From Cylindrospermopsis raciborskii Cr2010 (GTDB lineage Bacteria; Cyanobacteriota; Cyanobacteriia; Cyanobacteriales; Nostocaceae): a DNA stretch of 32,000 nt. The stretch covers positions 3,630,001 to 3,662,000 of the forward strand of contig NZ_CP065936.1 in the NCBI RefSeq assembly GCF_003367075.2, in the 5' to 3' direction. Both the position numbers and the translations under genes were made by a program. Within the stretch, counting starts at the first letter, position 1. Each line of letters begins with the position of its first letter. Of the stretch, positions 29,227 to 32,000 are shown piece by piece. Under the pieces are notes generated by a model. That model saw only the letters and a list, made by a program, of their open reading frames with translations, was not told where the DNA came from and made no database searches.

Positions 29227-30024
29227 ATGACAGCAATTTCTCGTTGTTTTGAAAATTTAAGACGGAATCAAGAGTGTGCCCTGATTCCGTTTATTACTGC
29301 TGGTGACCCGGATTTACATACTACAGCTCAAGCTTTAAAAGTGCTAGATTGTGCTGGTGCGGATATTATTGAGTTAGGTGTTCCCTACTCCGATCCCTTG
29401 GCAGATGGTCCAGTAATTCAAGCTGCTGCTACCCGTGCACTGCAAAAAGGTACTACTCTAGAACAGGTGTTGACAATGCTCAAGGCTACTACACCTAAAT
29501 TGAAAGCACCTGTAATTTTATTTACATATTATAATCCCATTTTACATCGAGGAATTGCAAGATTTTTAGACGATATTAAATCCGCTGGTGTGTCGGGTTT
29601 GGTAGTTCCAGATTTACCTTTGGAAGAGTCTGCAACCCTCTTGAAACCAGCAAGTGAGCAAGAAATTGACCTGACCCTTCTCATAGCTCCCACCAGTTCC
29701 ATGGCAAGAATAGAGGCGATCGCCCATGCTTCTCAAGGTTTTATTTATTTGGTAAGTGTTACTGGTGTCACTGGTATGCGGTCACAAATGGAAAACCGAG
29801 CTTCTGAACTACTAGACAAAATCCGCAGTGTTACAGATAAACCGATAGGTGTGGGATTCGGTATTTCTGACATAGAACAAGCACGTCAAGTAAAAGACTG
29901 GGGAGCTGATGCAGCAATTGTCGGTAGTGCGGTAGTCAAGCGATTGGCAGAGGGTACACCCGATCAAGGACTAAAAGCGATCGCCGAATTTTGTCGAAAT
30001 TTAAAGGAGGCGGTCAAAAATTGA
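29227..30024 (+). CDS. trpA: Tryptophan synthase alpha chain
   Basis: [12 protein letters not shown], the [17 protein letters not shown] active-site region, and GFGIS...GSAVVK. Confidence 0.95.
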   Translation: MTAISRCFENLRRNQECALIPFITAGDPDLHTTAQALKVLDCAGADIIELGVPYSDPLADGPVIQAAATRALQKGTTLEQVLTMLKATTPKLKAPVILFTYYNPILHRGIARFLDDIKSAGVSGLVVPDLPLEESATLLKPASEQEIDLTLLIAPTSSMARIEAIAHASQGFIYLVSVTGVTGMRSQMENRASELLDKIRSVTDKPIGVGFGISDIEQARQVKDWGADAAIVGSAVVKRLAEGTPDQGLKAIAEFCRNLKEAVKN

Positions 30025-30179
30025 TCTTATTAATTGGTAATTTAATGGCAATTTAGATGAATCTGAATTAAAATTAGACGATGAATTTATTGACTGTGAG
30101 TGTGTCCCAAAACTATGTCAGTTACAATACAACTATGGTCCTGGTACTACTTAGTTTTATTAGTTAAGAGGTGTACTAT

Positions 30180-30821
30180 ATGAGTGAGAGTATGGCATTT
30201 GTGGGTGGGGTAGCTGTTGCTGGTTTAGCAGCTTTGCTATTGCTGAAAGGAAATAGCACTCCCATACAACAACCCAACTTTAGTATTTCACAATTACCCA
30301 ACAATATTGTGCCCTCCCAGGGGATGCAACAGTACCCATCTGGACAGGGGGGATATGGTAACCCCCAACCGGTAGCACCTTTAGACCAGCGATTGGACTT
30401 AGAAAAGTTAAAAATTCAAGTAGACAGTTTAAGAGGCGACAACGAGCAGTTACGCTTACAAAATCAACAGCTACAGGGTCAAATTAATGCCTTCAGTTTG
30501 AGCCAAAACCAAATGAATTCACTACAACAGCAGCCAACCAGAATGATGCCCACACTGCCTTCTGAAGCGGAAAAATGGTGGAATTCACCCATAATTTGGG
30601 CAGTAGGTGGGGCGACTTTAACAGTAGGAGGTGGTATTGTAGTAGCTGGTGTGTTGTCCTTGTTTTCGCCTAGACAACGTCCCTCTCGCACCGTGCAGGT
30701 AATTCACCCTTATCACGGAGTAACAGCACCCCTGGGAACCATGCGACGGGCGGAGTTTTTACCACCCTCTCACGCTGAAAGCAGAAGGGTAGAAACAGCG
30801 GAATACGACGAATTACACTAA
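30180..30821 (+). CDS. Hypothetical two-TM protein with a Q/N-rich coiled-coil segment
   Basis: Track ORF 30171..30821 starts at GTG. The ATG at 30180 has AAGAGG 9 nt upstream. TM1 is FVGGVAVAGLAALLLL. A coiled-coil-like stretch LDLEKLKIQVDSLRGDNEQLRLQNQQLQGQI follows, then TM2 IIWAVGGATLTVGGGIVVAGVL. Confidence 0.55.
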   Translation: MSESMAFVGGVAVAGLAALLLLKGNSTPIQQPNFSISQLPNNIVPSQGMQQYPSGQGGYGNPQPVAPLDQRLDLEKLKIQVDSLRGDNEQLRLQNQQLQGQINAFSLSQNQMNSLQQQPTRMMPTLPSEAEKWWNSPIIWAVGGATLTVGGGIVVAGVLSLFSPRQRPSRTVQVIHPYHGVTAPLGTMRRAEFLPPSHAESRRVETAEYDELH

Positions 30822-30841
30822 GGTGTAACACAGGGTATCTA

Positions 30842-32000
30842 CTATGGTTTGGTTTTAGAGTTAGTGTCCGGTTGTGAGTTTTGACTTGGTAAAACCTGTT
30901 GAGCAACCTTTTGAGCTGCTTGTTTAAACAATGGTTCCAGTTTATCTTGCCAGTATTTAATATTAGGTAACTTTTCTGGTTGGTTGCGATAGGCCAAGAC
31001 CTTTTCCCATTGTCCACTATCAATAGCGCGATTAATTTCATTAGCCAAAGTCTCAGCTTTGGCCCAGTCTTGTTGCCATTGGTCAATTATCTTCACTTGT
31101 TGACTATTAGAAGTAGTTTTTTGGGGAGCGGATTTCAGTTGAGCTATTGCTCCATTCACATCCCCTGACTGGAATTTTTGTCGAGCTTGTAGAACGATTG
31201 GATCTTGAGACTCTGTATCAGCAGATTGAGACAAGAATGGGGATGGAGAGGTAGTAGTAGATAACTGAGGTTTAGGCACCAATCGAGATGTGATTAGAGG
31301 TAAATCATCAACGATTTGAAGAGAAATACCCTGGTCTCGCAGACAAGAGACCCATTGGTCATTGTTAGTAATCACATCCGAATGAGCCCAAGCCAAACGA
31401 CCAGATTTAAGTTTAACTTCTATCCAACCACGCTTAGTTCTTTTTCCAGTAACTATAAACTCACTAGGATCACCAATACTCTTTAAAATATTATCAGAAC
31501 CAATGGCGCTAGGTTGGGAGCGCACATTAGAATTGGGTGCTACCATAGCCAAGCAATTTTCTGTGCCATTCTTATCCTTCCAATTAGCAGTCAAAGTTTG
31601 AATGTTGGGATATAAATTGGTTACTAAAGCTGCTGCACCACCGACCAAAAATAAACCAATTACCAGTGGTAAGGGATCTGGTTTTTGTTCCTGCTTAGGA
31701 GCAGATACTAGGGGAGGAGTATGAACAGGTGCCAAAGCTAAGGTAGGTTGTGGGAACAATGAAACAGATTGATCATAGGTTTTTATGGGTGATTTTTTTC
31801 CACTGGGTGTAGTGGGTGTGGGAGATAGGGAGTAACCGCAGGATTTAGCATATTCTTTTATAAACTCTCGACAAACTTCTAATGCTTCTGTTGCCGTTTG
31901 ATAACGTTCCTTGAAGTGATAACGCACCATCTTAGTGAGAATTTCTCCCAAATGGGAATTGACAGGTCGAAAATGTTGCCAGAGAATTTCACCAGTATCG
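30842..32000 (-). CDS. Ser/Thr protein kinase, C-terminal part (partial; kinase domain continues beyond window)
   Basis: The frame stays open to the window edge (…DTGEILWQHFRPVNSHLGEILTKMVRYHFKERYQTATEAL), the usual end of a Hanks-type kinase domain. Next come a P-rich linker, a TM segment (PLPLVIGLFLVGGAAALV) and an SH3b-like block (NVRSQPS...GWIEVKLKSGRLAWAHSDVI). Confidence 0.7.
   Translation of the reverse strand, partial: DTGEILWQHFRPVNSHLGEILTKMVRYHFKERYQTATEALEVCREFIKEYAKSCGYSLSPTPTTPSGKKSPIKTYDQSVSLFPQPTLALAPVHTPPLVSAPKQEQKPDPLPLVIGLFLVGGAAALVTNLYPNIQTLTANWKDKNGTENCLAMVAPNSNVRSQPSAIGSDNILKSIGDPSEFIVTGKRTKRGWIEVKLKSGRLAWAHSDVITNNDQWVSCLRDQGISLQIVDDLPLITSRLVPKPQLSTTTSPSPFLSQSADTESQDPIVLQARQKFQSGDVNGAIAQLKSAPQKTTSNSQQVKIIDQWQQDWAKAETLANEINRAIDSGQWEKVLAYRNQPEKLPNIKYWQDKLEPLFKQAAQKVAQQVLPSQNSQPDTNSKTKP

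Overview
The window looks like a core chromosomal segment of a low-GC cyanobacterium, possibly Nostocales-like, though that placement is inference. Evidence: 11 copies of the HIP1 octamer GCGATCGC, cyanobacteria-specific genes (pipX, ndhL, sipA-like, gap2, Mnx/UPF0016) and a tRNA-Leu(UAA) split by a group I intron. About 40 densely packed genes are mostly housekeeping: two glycosyltransferases, ahcY, cbiT, cdsA, a pseudouridine synthase, a rodZ-like gene, malQ, plsC, rsmH, purK, proC, sepF, pipY, pipX, trhO, thiL, gap2, murC, murB, ybaB, ndhL, trpA, and a partial Ser/Thr kinase at the 3' edge. I saw no CRISPR array, rRNA, prophage or recognisable defence island, and no convincing wholly novel multi-gene system. 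Four things fall outside the ORF track: (1) the intron-containing tRNA-Leu(UAA), which the track mis-reads as two ORFs; (2) a hand-folded candidate 6S RNA just downstream of purK in a 267-bp gap between convergent genes; (3) a 1047-bp IS630/Tc1-type element between gap2 and murC, with a transposase split at an A8 run where a canonical -1 slip is unproductive; (4) several uncharacterised conserved proteins, namely a 335-aa protein with a basic tail behind a 538-bp non-coding gap, a COG1900/DUF39 homologue, and a Q-rich two-TM protein. Product calls rest on motifs recognised by eye in the supplied translations. No database search was run.
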